DNA of 62,970 bases, taken from assembly GCA_050012255.1 (NCBI GenBank), contig JBEKHN010000014.1, forward strand, positions 1-62,970. Direction: 5' to 3'. The stretch comes from Candidatus Bathyarchaeia archaeon (GTDB lineage: Archaea; Thermoproteota; Bathyarchaeia; Bathyarchaeales; Bathycorpusculaceae). Shown piece by piece: positions 52,340 through 62,395 of the stretch. The notes below the pieces were generated by a model that worked only from the letters and a program-made list of their open reading frames with translations, was not told the origin of the DNA and ran no database searches. A program made the position numbers and the translations under genes. Numbering within the stretch: position 1 is the stretch's first letter; the number at the start of each line of letters is the position of its first letter.

Positions 52340-52645
52340 TCTTTCACATCACCACGCAATCAGCAGACCGCAGGCTGCCTATAAAGTGTTTTTCAGAATT
52401 AGATCCGATTCTATCACTAATCTGACCATGCTCTCGGCACATCTGGCCGTCAGAAATTGAAGGGACACGTTCATTACGCTAGTTCAAGCGGGTTCAGCTT
52501 TGATCCGCCTCTAGAGGCTGGAAACAGCCAACAGTGCGCGCTAACCATAGAAACGGGTGATAGAGATTAGGAATTCATAAGTTATTTATTGGCGTTTGCT
52601 ACAACGTCTTTAAACCGATGATGCAACGATACGTGGTGATTCTGG

Positions 52646-52834
52646 TTGTCCAAGAAGGATTTCGACGAAGTTCCATGTAGGACGGTCGATGAGGGATTAT
52701 CTGCTACAGGAGAGTCTGTTGAGCAGTGGGTCCATTTTCACGCGGAAAGCTCCTTTGCAGAATGCATTATTGCTGCCAATGGTTGTTTCTTGCAGAGAAA
52801 CAGAATCAAGACGACGGCGGAGTTGGCTGAATGA
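52646..52834 (+). pseudogene. Degenerate small domain of the type found before TACK sensor kinases
   Basis: VDEGLS..GESV...HFH.E.SF pattern. Confidence 0.35.
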
Positions 52835-52893
52835 TAAGAAGAGGAGCCAGGTTACAGAGACATGCGCTGAGGGTCAAAAGCAAGAAAAGGCGC

Positions 52894-55599
52894 ATGGTTA
52901 ACTATCACCAGTTTTATGAAGAACTAGTGCAGAGTGTTCAAATTGGCTTAGATGTTTGGAAGCTTGAAAACCCAGATGATTTGGGCTCCTTCAGGCTTGT
53001 TCTATCCAATCCGGCGGCGGAAAAGGCAACTGGAGTATCAAGAAGAAAGGTTCTGGGAAAAACTCTGGCTGAAATCTATCCTGCTCTTCTCAAGACAGAG
53101 GTTCCCAAGACCTGGGTAGAGGTCATTCAAACTGGCGAGACTAGGGAACTGGAGGAATTTCACTATGGCGACGAACGCATTTCCAACAAAGTCTTTCATC
53201 TGAGGTTTTTGCCGCTTCCCAACAACTGCGTTGGCTTAGCCATAGAAGACATCACTGAACGCAGGAAAGCTGAAGAAGCTCTAAGCGAGTCTGAGAGGAA
53301 GTACAGAAGTGTCGTTGACAACATAGCTGTTGGCATCCTAGTGATAGGTTCGAACATGAAGATTCTGGCTTCAAACGCCCAAATGAAAAAGTGGTTTCCG
53401 GAGTTCGAAATTTCGAAGAAGCCTGTTTGCTTCAGGGCTTTCAACAATCCGCCTCGAGAGGGTGTCTGCTCCTATTGTCCGACGTACAAGACGCTGGTGG
53501 ACGGGCAAGTGCATGAATCAACTAAGAGTGCTTCTGTGGCCGGCGAGACCATGCATTTTAGGGTGACATCGTCTCCGATTAAGGATAAGGATGGCAAAGT
53601 CATCGAAGCCATTGAGATGGTAGAGGATGTTACTGAGCGTATTCGGTTGGAGAAGGAGCTTAAGTCTCATTCTGAACGGTTAGAGAAGCTGGTAAAAGAA
53701 AGAACGAGTGAGCTGATGGAGGACGAAGAGCGTTCTAGAACGTTGAACTTGCACGGTGGGAAGCTTAATGCTGCCAAGACTCTCGATGAGGTCTATCAAT
53801 GGACATTAGACGCCATGCATAAAACGTTGGGTTTCGAGTATGCCACATTCATGGCCATAGAGAAAAACAACCTTGTGATCGCATGTCACCGGGGGCACAC
53901 AAGACCTGTGCTTCCGGATCTGCGAATTGATGGAACGAGAGGCTTAACTGTCAGGGCCGTAAAAACCCGTGAACCCATTCTTGTTCCAGACGTGAATAAA
54001 GAAAAAGATTACGTTGCAGGTTTCCCCGGTATTCAGTCAGAACTTGCTGTTCCAGTTCTTGCAGAAGACCGAGTACTGGGAGTTTTAGACGTGGAAAGCA
54101 GGAAACCAGGAGCATTCAGCGAAAAAGACGCTACGTTGCTGCAGATTTTGGCTTCACACGCTGCAACTGCGATCAGCAACCTGTTGAAACGGAGGGAGAT
54201 TGAGAACCGCTCGGGCCAGATGGCTTCGCTTATGAAAAGCTCGGCTGAGATGATTCACACCGCGGACTTACGCCGCCGCCTCCGAACGATCGCCGAGGCG
54301 ATCAGAGAGTTCGGATGGCGAAGAGTTGTCATCTCCGTGAGAGACGAAAACGTGGAGATGAGAAGCCCAGATGACATGGTAGCCGTTGGCATAACGGACG
54401 AGGAAAGAGAATTTCTATGGAAGAACAGACCACCAGGACATGTGATCCGTGAACGGCTGGGGCCAGAATATGAACGCTTCAAAATCGGCGAATTCTATTA
54501 CCTTCCATGGAATGATCCTTGGGTTAGAGAAAAGTACGGGTACAAGACAAGTGTCCTGAGCCATCTTAAGCCTGAAGAGATGGTTGATTGGCATCCACAG
54601 GACACGGTGTATGCTCCGCTTCGATTGGCAGACGGACGCATCGTAGGTCGCCTGAGCATGGATGACCCTGTGGACGGAAGACGCCCGACTAAGGACTCTT
54701 TGATGCCGTTGGAACTCTTCTTGCATCAGGCAGCGGTCGCAATCGAGAATGCTCAGCTGATTCAGCAGTTGGACAGTGCCAAGGCCAAGATTTCGGAGTA
54801 TGCTGGCGAGCTTGAAGTGAAGGTTCAAGAGCGGACAAAAGAGTTGATGGAAACTCAGGCGAAGTTGCTGAAGAATGAGAGGTTGGCAGCTATCGGCCAA
54901 TTGGCGGGGATGGTTGGGCATGACCTACGCAACCCACTCACAGGAATCGCTGGGGCAGCATATTACATTAAAGCAAATTCAAGCCCGAAGTTGAACAAGA
55001 AATCCAGGGAAATGGTTGACATCATAGAAGAAGACGTTCAACGTTCAAACAAGATCATCAGCGACCTTTTGGAATACTCAAAGGAGATCAGACTTGAATT
55101 CTTGGAGACCACCCCAAAAATGGTGCTGAAAGAAGCCTTGTCGCTTGTCAAGATTCCAAAAAACATTCAGGTTAAGAACTTAACGAGAGACAACCCAAGG
55201 ATCAGCGTTGACATCGAAAAAATGAGAAGAGTCTTCATCAACATAATCAAGAACGCTGTCGAAGCCATGCCAAAAGGCGGGACACTGACAATAAGAAGCA
55301 AGAAATCAGACAACAACGCAGAATTCTCTTTCACAGACACTGGAGAAGGCATGACTAGATGCGTGCTTGACAAGCTTTGGAGCCCGCTTTTCACGACAAA
55401 AGCGAAAGGAATGGGCTTTGGCCTGCCGATCTGCAAACGAATGGTGGAGGCACACAGGGGCAAGATCTCTGTCAAAAGTGCCATTGCCAAAGGGTCCACA
55501 TTCACGATTACCGTTCCAATCAGCCCTGTAACGGACGGAGGTGAACAGGTTTGGGTGAACATGCCAGAATCCTTGTTGTCGACGACGACAAGAGCATAA
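52894..55599 (+). CDS. Sensor histidine kinase: two PAS, two GAF, HisKA/HATPase
   Basis: SELAVPV..LGVLDVES, GHDLRNPL, NIIKNA, DTGEG, FTTK, GFGL. Confidence 0.92.
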   Translation: MVNYHQFYEELVQSVQIGLDVWKLENPDDLGSFRLVLSNPAAEKATGVSRRKVLGKTLAEIYPALLKTEVPKTWVEVIQTGETRELEEFHYGDERISNKVFHLRFLPLPNNCVGLAIEDITERRKAEEALSESERKYRSVVDNIAVGILVIGSNMKILASNAQMKKWFPEFEISKKPVCFRAFNNPPREGVCSYCPTYKTLVDGQVHESTKSASVAGETMHFRVTSSPIKDKDGKVIEAIEMVEDVTERIRLEKELKSHSERLEKLVKERTSELMEDEERSRTLNLHGGKLNAAKTLDEVYQWTLDAMHKTLGFEYATFMAIEKNNLVIACHRGHTRPVLPDLRIDGTRGLTVRAVKTREPILVPDVNKEKDYVAGFPGIQSELAVPVLAEDRVLGVLDVESRKPGAFSEKDATLLQILASHAATAISNLLKRREIENRSGQMASLMKSSAEMIHTADLRRRLRTIAEAIREFGWRRVVISVRDENVEMRSPDDMVAVGITDEEREFLWKNRPPGHVIRERLGPEYERFKIGEFYYLPWNDPWVREKYGYKTSVLSHLKPEEMVDWHPQDTVYAPLRLADGRIVGRLSMDDPVDGRRPTKDSLMPLELFLHQAAVAIENAQLIQQLDSAKAKISEYAGELEVKVQERTKELMETQAKLLKNERLAAIGQLAGMVGHDLRNPLTGIAGAAYYIKANSSPKLNKKSREMVDIIEEDVQRSNKIISDLLEYSKEIRLEFLETTPKMVLKEALSLVKIPKNIQVKNLTRDNPRISVDIEKMRRVFINIIKNAVEAMPKGGTLTIRSKKSDNNAEFSFTDTGEGMTRCVLDKLWSPLFTTKAKGMGFGLPICKRMVEAHRGKISVKSAIAKGSTFTITVPISPVTDGGEQVWVNMPESLLSTTTRA

Positions 55600-56030
55600 G
55601 AAAAACGTTGGAGGCAATACTCAAGGGCGAGGGCTACTACGTGCAAACTGCAGAAAACGGGAAGCAAGCCATTGAAAAGACTAGTAGTAGCTATTACAAT
55701 TTAGCGCTAATAGACATTCGCTTGCCTGACATGGAAGGAACAGAGCTTCTGACAAGAATGAAAGACACGACGCCTAAGATGCGAAAGATAATTATCACAG
55801 GCTATCCATCCCTGCAAAACGCCGTTGAAGCCCTGAACAGGGAAGCAAACGCCTACATACTGAAGCCTTTCGACGTCAAAAAGGTTCTGGAAACAATAAG
55901 AGAAGAATTGAAAAAACAAGAAGCAGAAAAGATGTTCAGCCGAGACAGAGTCGCCGAGTTCATAGAGACGCGAGTCAAAGAACTGGAACCTCAGAAAAGC
56001 ACCGCGAGCCTTAAATCTCGGCGCGTTTAA
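55551..56030 (+). CDS. Response regulator
   Basis: ILVVDDD, DIRLPDMEG, KPF; paralogue of 41796-42257. Confidence 0.9.
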   Translation: MGEHARILVVDDDKSIRKTLEAILKGEGYYVQTAENGKQAIEKTSSSYYNLALIDIRLPDMEGTELLTRMKDTTPKMRKIIITGYPSLQNAVEALNREANAYILKPFDVKKVLETIREELKKQEAEKMFSRDRVAEFIETRVKELEPQKSTASLKSRRV

Positions 56031-56294
56031 ACGTTGCCAATCTTTTCTCTCGTGTGCAGCAGTCCAACTTGAAACCATTTTCGTATAGGGACATGCAGGT
56101 CCACCTTTCGACGGCTATGCAATTATGCGTTTTACATGCGTTGGGAGATAGCTAACCAGCCTCCGGAAGCTGGAAAAAACCCGACGTGCCAGCCGTTCCT
56201 TATTGCACGCCATCATCGCGCGCTAGCGAATCACTGACTAATCAGCAAAACCTATATTGATAGAGCAATCAAAGATGGCACGTGCACGTGAAAC

Positions 56295-56990
56295 ATGGAA
56301 AATAACGATGATTATGTTTTGAGGGTGTCAAATCTAAGCGTCAAGCTTCAGAATCAGACAATTTTGGACAATGTGAGTTTCAAGCTGAAGAGAGGAACTG
56401 CTTTGGCAGTTCTTGGACCGAACGGTGCGGGAAAGACGATGCTTTTCAGGGCACTGTTGAAACTGGTGCCATACACGGGGAAAATTGAATGGGCAGAAAA
56501 AGCGAAGATCGGCTACGTTCCTCAGAACATTGCAGTTGATGATATTCCCATCTCTGTGAAGGAGTTTTTGTCGTTCAAAAATCACGTGGACGTTGAGAGC
56601 TCTCTGGTCCCTGTGAGACTTAACAACAAGAACATGGCATACAAGACCTTGGGCTTTTTGTCCGGAGGAGAGCTTCGAAGAGTGCTCATTGCGTGGGCTT
56701 TGGCTGATAACCCAAACGTTCTGCTGTTTGATGAACCGACAAGCGGCGTCGACCTCGGCAGCGAGGAACCCATATTCGTGACGCTTAAGGAGCTGAAGGA
56801 GAAAAACAAGATAACTGTACTTCTGATCACGCATGACGTGCATATTGTTAGGGAATACTCGGACTATTTACTGGCACTGGATAAGTGTGTTACCTTCTTT
56901 GGCGATTCAAAGGAAATAATGAACCCGCAAATACAGAAAAGGATCTACGGCGAAACGGTGTGCGCTGGAACACCCAACGAAAAAAAGTGA
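56295..56990 (+). CDS. znuC: Metal (Zn/Mn) ABC transporter ATP-binding protein
   Basis: GPNGAGKT, IGYVPQ, LSGGE, DEPT, ITHD. Confidence 0.8.
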   Translation: MENNDDYVLRVSNLSVKLQNQTILDNVSFKLKRGTALAVLGPNGAGKTMLFRALLKLVPYTGKIEWAEKAKIGYVPQNIAVDDIPISVKEFLSFKNHVDVESSLVPVRLNNKNMAYKTLGFLSGGELRRVLIAWALADNPNVLLFDEPTSGVDLGSEEPIFVTLKELKEKNKITVLLITHDVHIVREYSDYLLALDKCVTFFGDSKEIMNPQIQKRIYGETVCAGTPNEKK

Positions 56991-56996
56991 CCCTCT

Positions 56997-57770
56997 ATGG
57001 CAGAAGCATTGTTGCTCAGCCTCTTGATAGGGGTCTCAGTGGGCGTTTCAGCGGGCTATTTGGGTTCTCTCATGGTCCTCAAAAAAATGGCTCTTGTCGG
57101 TGATGCCCTTTCACACGTAGCCTTGCCTGGACTCGCGCTGGGAATCTTGTACAACTTCCCACCTTTTCTAGGAGCCTTTGCCTTCCTGTTCGCTTCAGCC
57201 ATCATCATTTGGCATCTGGGAAGAGTCACTAAACTGTCTTTTGAAACGATCGTTGGCGCAATGTTCACGCTTGCCCTTGCAATCGGCATATTGATTATTC
57301 CAGGAGCTGACCTCCTTGAGGCACTGTTTGGAGATATAACCACGGTAACGATCCTAGACACGGTAGCCGCAATAGTCGTCTCTGCGATAGCGGTGTTTTT
57401 GACGAAGATCATCTACAAAAAGCTCGTGCTGGGCATGATTTCAGAAGAACTGGCAATCTCAAAAGGCATCGATGTTAGCAGGACAAACTTCGTGTATCTT
57501 CTGCTGACATCTCTTATCGTGGCAGTTGGCATCAAAATCACAGGAACGCTCCTAGTGGGTTTCCTAGTAGTGGTTCCGGCGGCAGCAGCAAAGAACGTGA
57601 GCGCTGACCTGTTCAAGTATGCGGTGCTGAGCGCAGCTTTCGGGACACTCAGCGCTTGCTCCGGAGTTCTGTTCTCAAGCTACTTGAACTTGCCAACCGG
57701 ACCGTTGGTCGTCTTTTCCGGAATCGTGGTTTTCTTGGGAACTGTACTGGCAAAGTGGAAAGCAAAATAG
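56997..57770 (+). CDS. znuB: Metal (Zn/Mn) ABC transporter permease
   Basis: GDALSHVALPG, LFGDI, GPLVV. Confidence 0.8.
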   Translation: MAEALLLSLLIGVSVGVSAGYLGSLMVLKKMALVGDALSHVALPGLALGILYNFPPFLGAFAFLFASAIIIWHLGRVTKLSFETIVGAMFTLALAIGILIIPGADLLEALFGDITTVTILDTVAAIVVSAIAVFLTKIIYKKLVLGMISEELAISKGIDVSRTNFVYLLLTSLIVAVGIKITGTLLVGFLVVVPAAAAKNVSADLFKYAVLSAAFGTLSACSGVLFSSYLNLPTGPLVVFSGIVVFLGTVLAKWKAK

Positions 57771-57807
57771 GGCGAAACAAGCGCAAGAGAAAGAGGAAGT
57801 AGAACCA

Positions 57808-58779
57808 GTGCAACTGCAAGATGGATTGGAGCAAGGAGCAAAACCTTATCGCTTGATGAAACCTGTCACGCTTCATGAGTTCAAGACCTTTGCTGCACGG
57901 AAAAGAGTTGTGACGATAGAAAACCAACAAGTAGACATTGGAAATAATTGGAAGATCACCGAGTTTGGTCCGCCGAAAGAATACGTTCCTGAAGTTCATA
58001 CGGTTTGGAGTTTTCCCAATAGAGGAAACTGGGCGACACACGTAGGCAATTACAGAGGCAACTGGTCGCCCTATGTTCCGAGGAATCTGATACTCAAATA
58101 CACGAATCCAGATGACGTAGTTTTAGACCAGATGGTAGGATCAGGGACAACTCTTGTAGAATGTAAATTGCTGGGCAGAAACGCCGTTGGGGTTGACATA
58201 AACAGAGACGCCATTATGGTTGCTCTTGATAGACTAAATTTTTCCTATAACCCGGTGAACTTAGGCCATCCTGAAGACCTCAAAATCAGAACTTACGTTG
58301 GGGATGCACGGAACCTAAATCTCATCGAAGACGATTCGATAGACCTCATTGCCACTCATCCGCCATATACGGGAATAATCGCTTATACGAACAGTAGAGT
58401 TGAAGGTGACCTTTCGAGTCAAAAACTCGCAGGTTATCTGAAAGAAATGCGGGTTGTTGCAGAAGAAGCCTTCAGAGTTCTGAAGCATAACAAGTGCTGT
58501 GCCGTATTGATAGGTGACACACGGAAGCATCTCCACTACGTTCCTATATCTGCCCGAATCTTGGAAGTGTTCTTAGACGCAGGCTTCTTGTTGAAAGAAG
58601 ACATCATAAAACTTCAATGGAAGACGAAGACGACAAGAGAGAAGTGGAGAGGCAAAAAATACGAATTCTACAAGATAGCTCACGAACACCTCTATGTCTT
58701 TAGAAAGCCTGCTGAAGGAGAAAAACTGTCACCGTTAAAGTACAGCAAGAAATGGCACGAGGAGTCACTCGACAATTAA
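57808..58779 (+). CDS. Amino (N4/N6) DNA methyltransferase or Trm11-like methyltransferase
   Basis: WSFP.RG.WATH, YRGNWSP, DQMVGSGTT, THPPY, HEHLYVFRK. Confidence 0.8.
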   Translation: MQLQDGLEQGAKPYRLMKPVTLHEFKTFAARKRVVTIENQQVDIGNNWKITEFGPPKEYVPEVHTVWSFPNRGNWATHVGNYRGNWSPYVPRNLILKYTNPDDVVLDQMVGSGTTLVECKLLGRNAVGVDINRDAIMVALDRLNFSYNPVNLGHPEDLKIRTYVGDARNLNLIEDDSIDLIATHPPYTGIIAYTNSRVEGDLSSQKLAGYLKEMRVVAEEAFRVLKHNKCCAVLIGDTRKHLHYVPISARILEVFLDAGFLLKEDIIKLQWKTKTTREKWRGKKYEFYKIAHEHLYVFRKPAEGEKLSPLKYSKKWHEESLDN

Positions 58780-58819
58780 CCGGCACGCATAGAATCCAAG
58801 GCCATTTCGTAGATCGACG

Positions 58820-59704
58820 TTAACGCATTTCCTTTGTGAGGCCAGTCTTGCTTATGTGCCCTTTTTCAACCAGGTAATCGGCAAGGGCTTCTTTCCACTC
58901 TCTGGCTTGTATGCCGTGTTTTGGTAGTTTGGTGCTTTTTAAGGCTGAAAATGCGGGTCTGCGAGCCTTTGTTTGCTGTTGACTTGTCTCTATGGGCTTC
59001 AGTGTTGGGTTTAACCCTGCGAGTCTAAATATTTCCTCGGCGAACTGGAACCATGTGCACTGGCCTTGGTTTGACGCGTGGAAGGTTCCTGAAGGTAGCC
59101 TTTTTTCTATGATTTCTTGTATTGCTCTTGCAGCATCTTTCGTGTAAGTGGGGGTCATCCACATGTCGTTCACTACGCTTAGGGGCTCGTTTTTCATTGC
59201 TTTTGTTATCATTGTTTCGACGAAGTTACCTCCCTTGCCGCTTGCTCCTGCGACGCCGAAGAGGCTTGAGACTCTTACGATGTAGTGTTTGGGGTTTTGT
59301 TTTGTGAAGAGTTCGCCTGCCAGTTTTGAGATTCCGTAGGTGTTGATTGGGTTTGGAGCGTCATCTTCCGTGTAGGGTTCCTTTTTGGAGCCGTCGAAGA
59401 CGTAGTCCGTGCTTATGAACGTGGCTGTGGCCTCGATTTCTTTGGACACCGTGGCTATGTTTCTGGCGCCTACGGCGTTTACGAAGAACGCTTTCAGCGG
59501 CTCGTCCTCGCATTGGTCTGTTTTGTGGAATGCAGCCGTGTTTATTATGATGTCTGGGCGATCTTTTTTCAGGATTAGGCATCTGTTGTAGTCTGTGACT
59601 TCTAGGTCTTGATGGTTTAGGCCTATGACTTCGTGTTTGCCACTCAGCGCTTTCACGAGGTCTGTGCCGAGCTGGCCTGTTGAGCCTATGATCGTGATCT
59701 TCAT
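58820..59704 (-). CDS. rfbD: dTDP-4-dehydrorhamnose reductase
   Basis: GSTGQLG, ISTDYVFDG, YGISKLAGE, PTY, RP.FS.L. Confidence 0.92.
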   Translation of the reverse strand: MKITIIGSTGQLGTDLVKALSGKHEVIGLNHQDLEVTDYNRCLILKKDRPDIIINTAAFHKTDQCEDEPLKAFFVNAVGARNIATVSKEIEATATFISTDYVFDGSKKEPYTEDDAPNPINTYGISKLAGELFTKQNPKHYIVRVSSLFGVAGASGKGGNFVETMITKAMKNEPLSVVNDMWMTPTYTKDAARAIQEIIEKRLPSGTFHASNQGQCTWFQFAEEIFRLAGLNPTLKPIETSQQQTKARRPAFSALKSTKLPKHGIQAREWKEALADYLVEKGHISKTGLTKEMR

Positions 59705-60717
59705 AGTACTGCCCCTTTGACCTCGATGTCTTTGAGGAAAGCGTGCATTTCCAGAAGGTTGCGGTACCATTTGACGGTTATCGTTTTCGGGTCGTCGGGG
59801 TTGAGTTTTCCTTCCTTAAGGGCGTCGTACACTTCTTTTGCCCCCTCTTTCGGCGAATAGTCTGTTCTGTAGTTGAGTGTCTTCTTGATCTTGTCGAAGC
59901 TCACTTTGTAGCTTCTCTTGTCGGGTGTGCCGTACCATTCATAGTTGAACGGCAGTTTGATGGCTTCTGCCACCAAGTTGGCGAGGTCAAAGACTTGCAC
60001 GTTCTGCTCGTCGCTGCCGACGTTGAAGATTTGGCCGTTGACGAGTTCCGGGTCCGATTCTAACACTCTGATAAACGCGTTTGACGTGTCTTTCACGTGT
60101 ACAAAGGGGCGCCACTGCTTGCCGTCTCTCATGATGGGTATTTTACCGTTTTTGAAGAAGCCCAGAACCATGCCGTTTATCGCTAGGTCAAACCTCATTC
60201 TTGGGGAAAACCCGTAGACAGTGGCTTGTCTGAGTGCCGTCGCAGTGAAGGACTTGTTGGCCAATGGTAGAATGTCTTTTTCAGCCAGCATGTTGGCCTT
60301 TGCGTACGTTGTTAAGGGGTTCAGGCCTGACTGTTCCGTCAGAGTTCCTTCCTGGAAGCCGTAGACGCTGCATGTGCTGGCGAGAACGTATTTTCTTACA
60401 CCGTGTTTCTTAGACAGAGCGGCTACTCTCACTCTTCCTTTGTGGTTTATTTCCAGAGTTTTCTGAGGGTCAAGTTCGCCGCTCGGGTCGTTTGAAAGTG
60501 ATGCCAAGTCGAGGACGGCGTCTACTCCGTTCAGTATTTCTGGCTTGAACCATCTGATATCGTCCTTGATCAAGGTGATTTTGTCTGTTACGTCTTTTAC
60601 AGGGTCGGTTCCAAAGAACAGCCTGTCGAGGCATGTTACGTCGTGGCCTTTCTCCAAAATGGTTCTCGTGAGGACGGAGCCAATGTACCCTGCACCGCCT
60701 GTGACTAACACTCTCAT
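59701..60717 (-). CDS. NAD-dependent sugar epimerase/dehydratase (extended SDR)
   Basis: TGGAGYIGS, LSNDP, STCSVYG, RFDL, WRPFVHV. Confidence 0.9.
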   Translation of the reverse strand: MRVLVTGGAGYIGSVLTRTILEKGHDVTCLDRLFFGTDPVKDVTDKITLIKDDIRWFKPEILNGVDAVLDLASLSNDPSGELDPQKTLEINHKGRVRVAALSKKHGVRKYVLASTCSVYGFQEGTLTEQSGLNPLTTYAKANMLAEKDILPLANKSFTATALRQATVYGFSPRMRFDLAINGMVLGFFKNGKIPIMRDGKQWRPFVHVKDTSNAFIRVLESDPELVNGQIFNVGSDEQNVQVFDLANLVAEAIKLPFNYEWYGTPDKRSYKVSFDKIKKTLNYRTDYSPKEGAKEVYDALKEGKLNPDDPKTITVKWYRNLLEMHAFLKDIEVKGAVL

Positions 60718-60730
60718 TGCTCTGGCCCTC

Positions 60731-61246
60731 TCACTTGTGCGGAGGACTGAACCAGTCCCACGGTTTGCCCACGCGAGGGTCGTCTTTCTTGCCGTTTATC
60801 TCCGTCGGAACTATTTTCTGGTCGTTCCACGGCCTGCGGACTTCGTCTGGATTCTTATAGTCGTAGAGCCTTGTCACGAAGTAAACCGTCAATGATGGTT
60901 CGTTGCTGACCGTTTTTGTCCCGTGCAGGTACTTGCCCGGTATTCTCACAATCGTCGGCTTTTCGCTGCTGGTTATGACTTCTGCCAGTTTTCCCGTCTC
61001 TTCTTCATAGGCGCAGATCTTCATTGCTCCTTTCAGCACGAGGAAGTAGTCGACTTGCCCTCTCACATGTTTGTGCCATGCTCTAACGACGTTTGGGTAG
61101 CTGCTGCTTACGTTCACCTGCGTTATCCATTCGTCTAGAAACATTTCTTTCCAGTCTTGTCTGAGCGCCTCGGCGAAAAAGCCTCTTTCGTCTGGCAGGA
61201 TGTTTATTTCGTTGGTTTTCACTCCTTTCAAGGGGTACTCTTTCAT
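60731..61246 (-). CDS. rfbC: dTDP-4-dehydrorhamnose 3,5-epimerase
   Basis: DERGFF, VRAWHKH, IPG..LHG, DEVR.PW. Confidence 0.9.
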   Translation of the reverse strand: MKEYPLKGVKTNEINILPDERGFFAEALRQDWKEMFLDEWITQVNVSSSYPNVVRAWHKHVRGQVDYFLVLKGAMKICAYEEETGKLAEVITSSEKPTIVRIPGKYLHGTKTVSNEPSLTVYFVTRLYDYKNPDEVRRPWNDQKIVPTEINGKKDDPRVGKPWDWFSPPHK

Positions 61247-62313
61247 ATTTCCACCTCTGAATAGTCTCCAACGTGAAGTTTTATCGCTCTGGTCTTTCTG
61301 TTTTTACACACCACAGCGTTCTTGCCTATGAGGCTTTCCTCCAGCCTGTCAACGTCCTGAACTAGAGCGTTCTCTAGGATTACAGAGTATTCCACGTTGG
61401 AGCTCACGATTCGTGAGTTGTCTCCAACACTCGTGTAAGGCCCTATGAAGGAGTTCTCCACCACCGTGTTCTTGCCTATAGTGCATGGGCCTCTGACCGT
61501 GCTGTTCGTTATCTTCGCCCCAGCGTCTACTCTGACTCTTCCTTCGACGGTGCTGTTTTCGACTTTTCCCTTGACGCTTCTCTTTATGTACTCGTCCAAT
61601 ATTTTCGCGTTGGCCGAGAGAATGTCGTCTTTCTTGCCTGTGTCTATCCACCACGTCTTGAGCACTCCAGCTTTGACCTTGAAACCCATGTTTATCATTT
61701 CTCGCAAGGCGTCAGTTATTTCCAGTTCACCCCTCCATGAGGGCTTGATCCTTTCTATGGCCTGGTGGATCCTGTTGGAGAGTATATAAGTGCCGACTAT
61801 TGCGAGGTTACTCGGGGGTTCCTTAGGCTTTTCTATGAGCTGCTTTATGTTGCCTTCTCCGTCCAAGACGGCTACGCCGTATTTCGTCGGGTCTTCCACT
61901 TCTTTCAGGAGGATGAGTCCGTCGAGCTTTTCTCGTTGAAACCTCTTGACGAGGTTAACTATTCCTAAACCTTGAAGGTTGTCCCCCAAGCACATGACAA
62001 GGCTGTCGTCTTTCAAGAAGCCCTTGGCAGTCTTGACTGCGTGTGCCAGACCCAACGGCTCTTGAGTGATGTAAGTGACGTTGAAACCCCATTCCGCGCC
62101 ATCCTTAACGTATTCCTTGACATAGCTTCCAGTCTCTGGCGCGATGACCAGACCAACATCGGTTATGCCCGTTTCCGCGACCTGGTCGAGAACGTAGCCG
62201 AGAATAGGCCTGTTTGCGACGGGAATCAGCTGCTTGGCCAGTGTAAACGTCAGAGGCCTGAGCCTAGTGCCCTTTCCCCCGCTTAGGACCAACGCCTTCA
62301 AGTGTTTCGCCAC
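61243..62313 (-). CDS. rfbA: Glucose-1-phosphate thymidylyltransferase (long form)
   Basis: LSGGKGTRLRPLT..KQL, PLGLAHA, EKP, RGELEITDA, hexapeptide tail. Confidence 0.93.
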   Translation of the reverse strand: MAKHLKALVLSGGKGTRLRPLTFTLAKQLIPVANRPILGYVLDQVAETGITDVGLVIAPETGSYVKEYVKDGAEWGFNVTYITQEPLGLAHAVKTAKGFLKDDSLVMCLGDNLQGLGIVNLVKRFQREKLDGLILLKEVEDPTKYGVAVLDGEGNIKQLIEKPKEPPSNLAIVGTYILSNRIHQAIERIKPSWRGELEITDALREMINMGFKVKAGVLKTWWIDTGKKDDILSANAKILDEYIKRSVKGKVENSTVEGRVRVDAGAKITNSTVRGPCTIGKNTVVENSFIGPYTSVGDNSRIVSSNVEYSVILENALVQDVDRLEESLIGKNAVVCKNRKTRAIKLHVGDYSEVEI

Positions 62314-62395
62314 TTTATCGGGTAGAGTGTCAATGGTGACTTAAGTATTTCCTCACAGTAATTAAAGCAACACGCGCTAATCGCTTAAGAAATAA

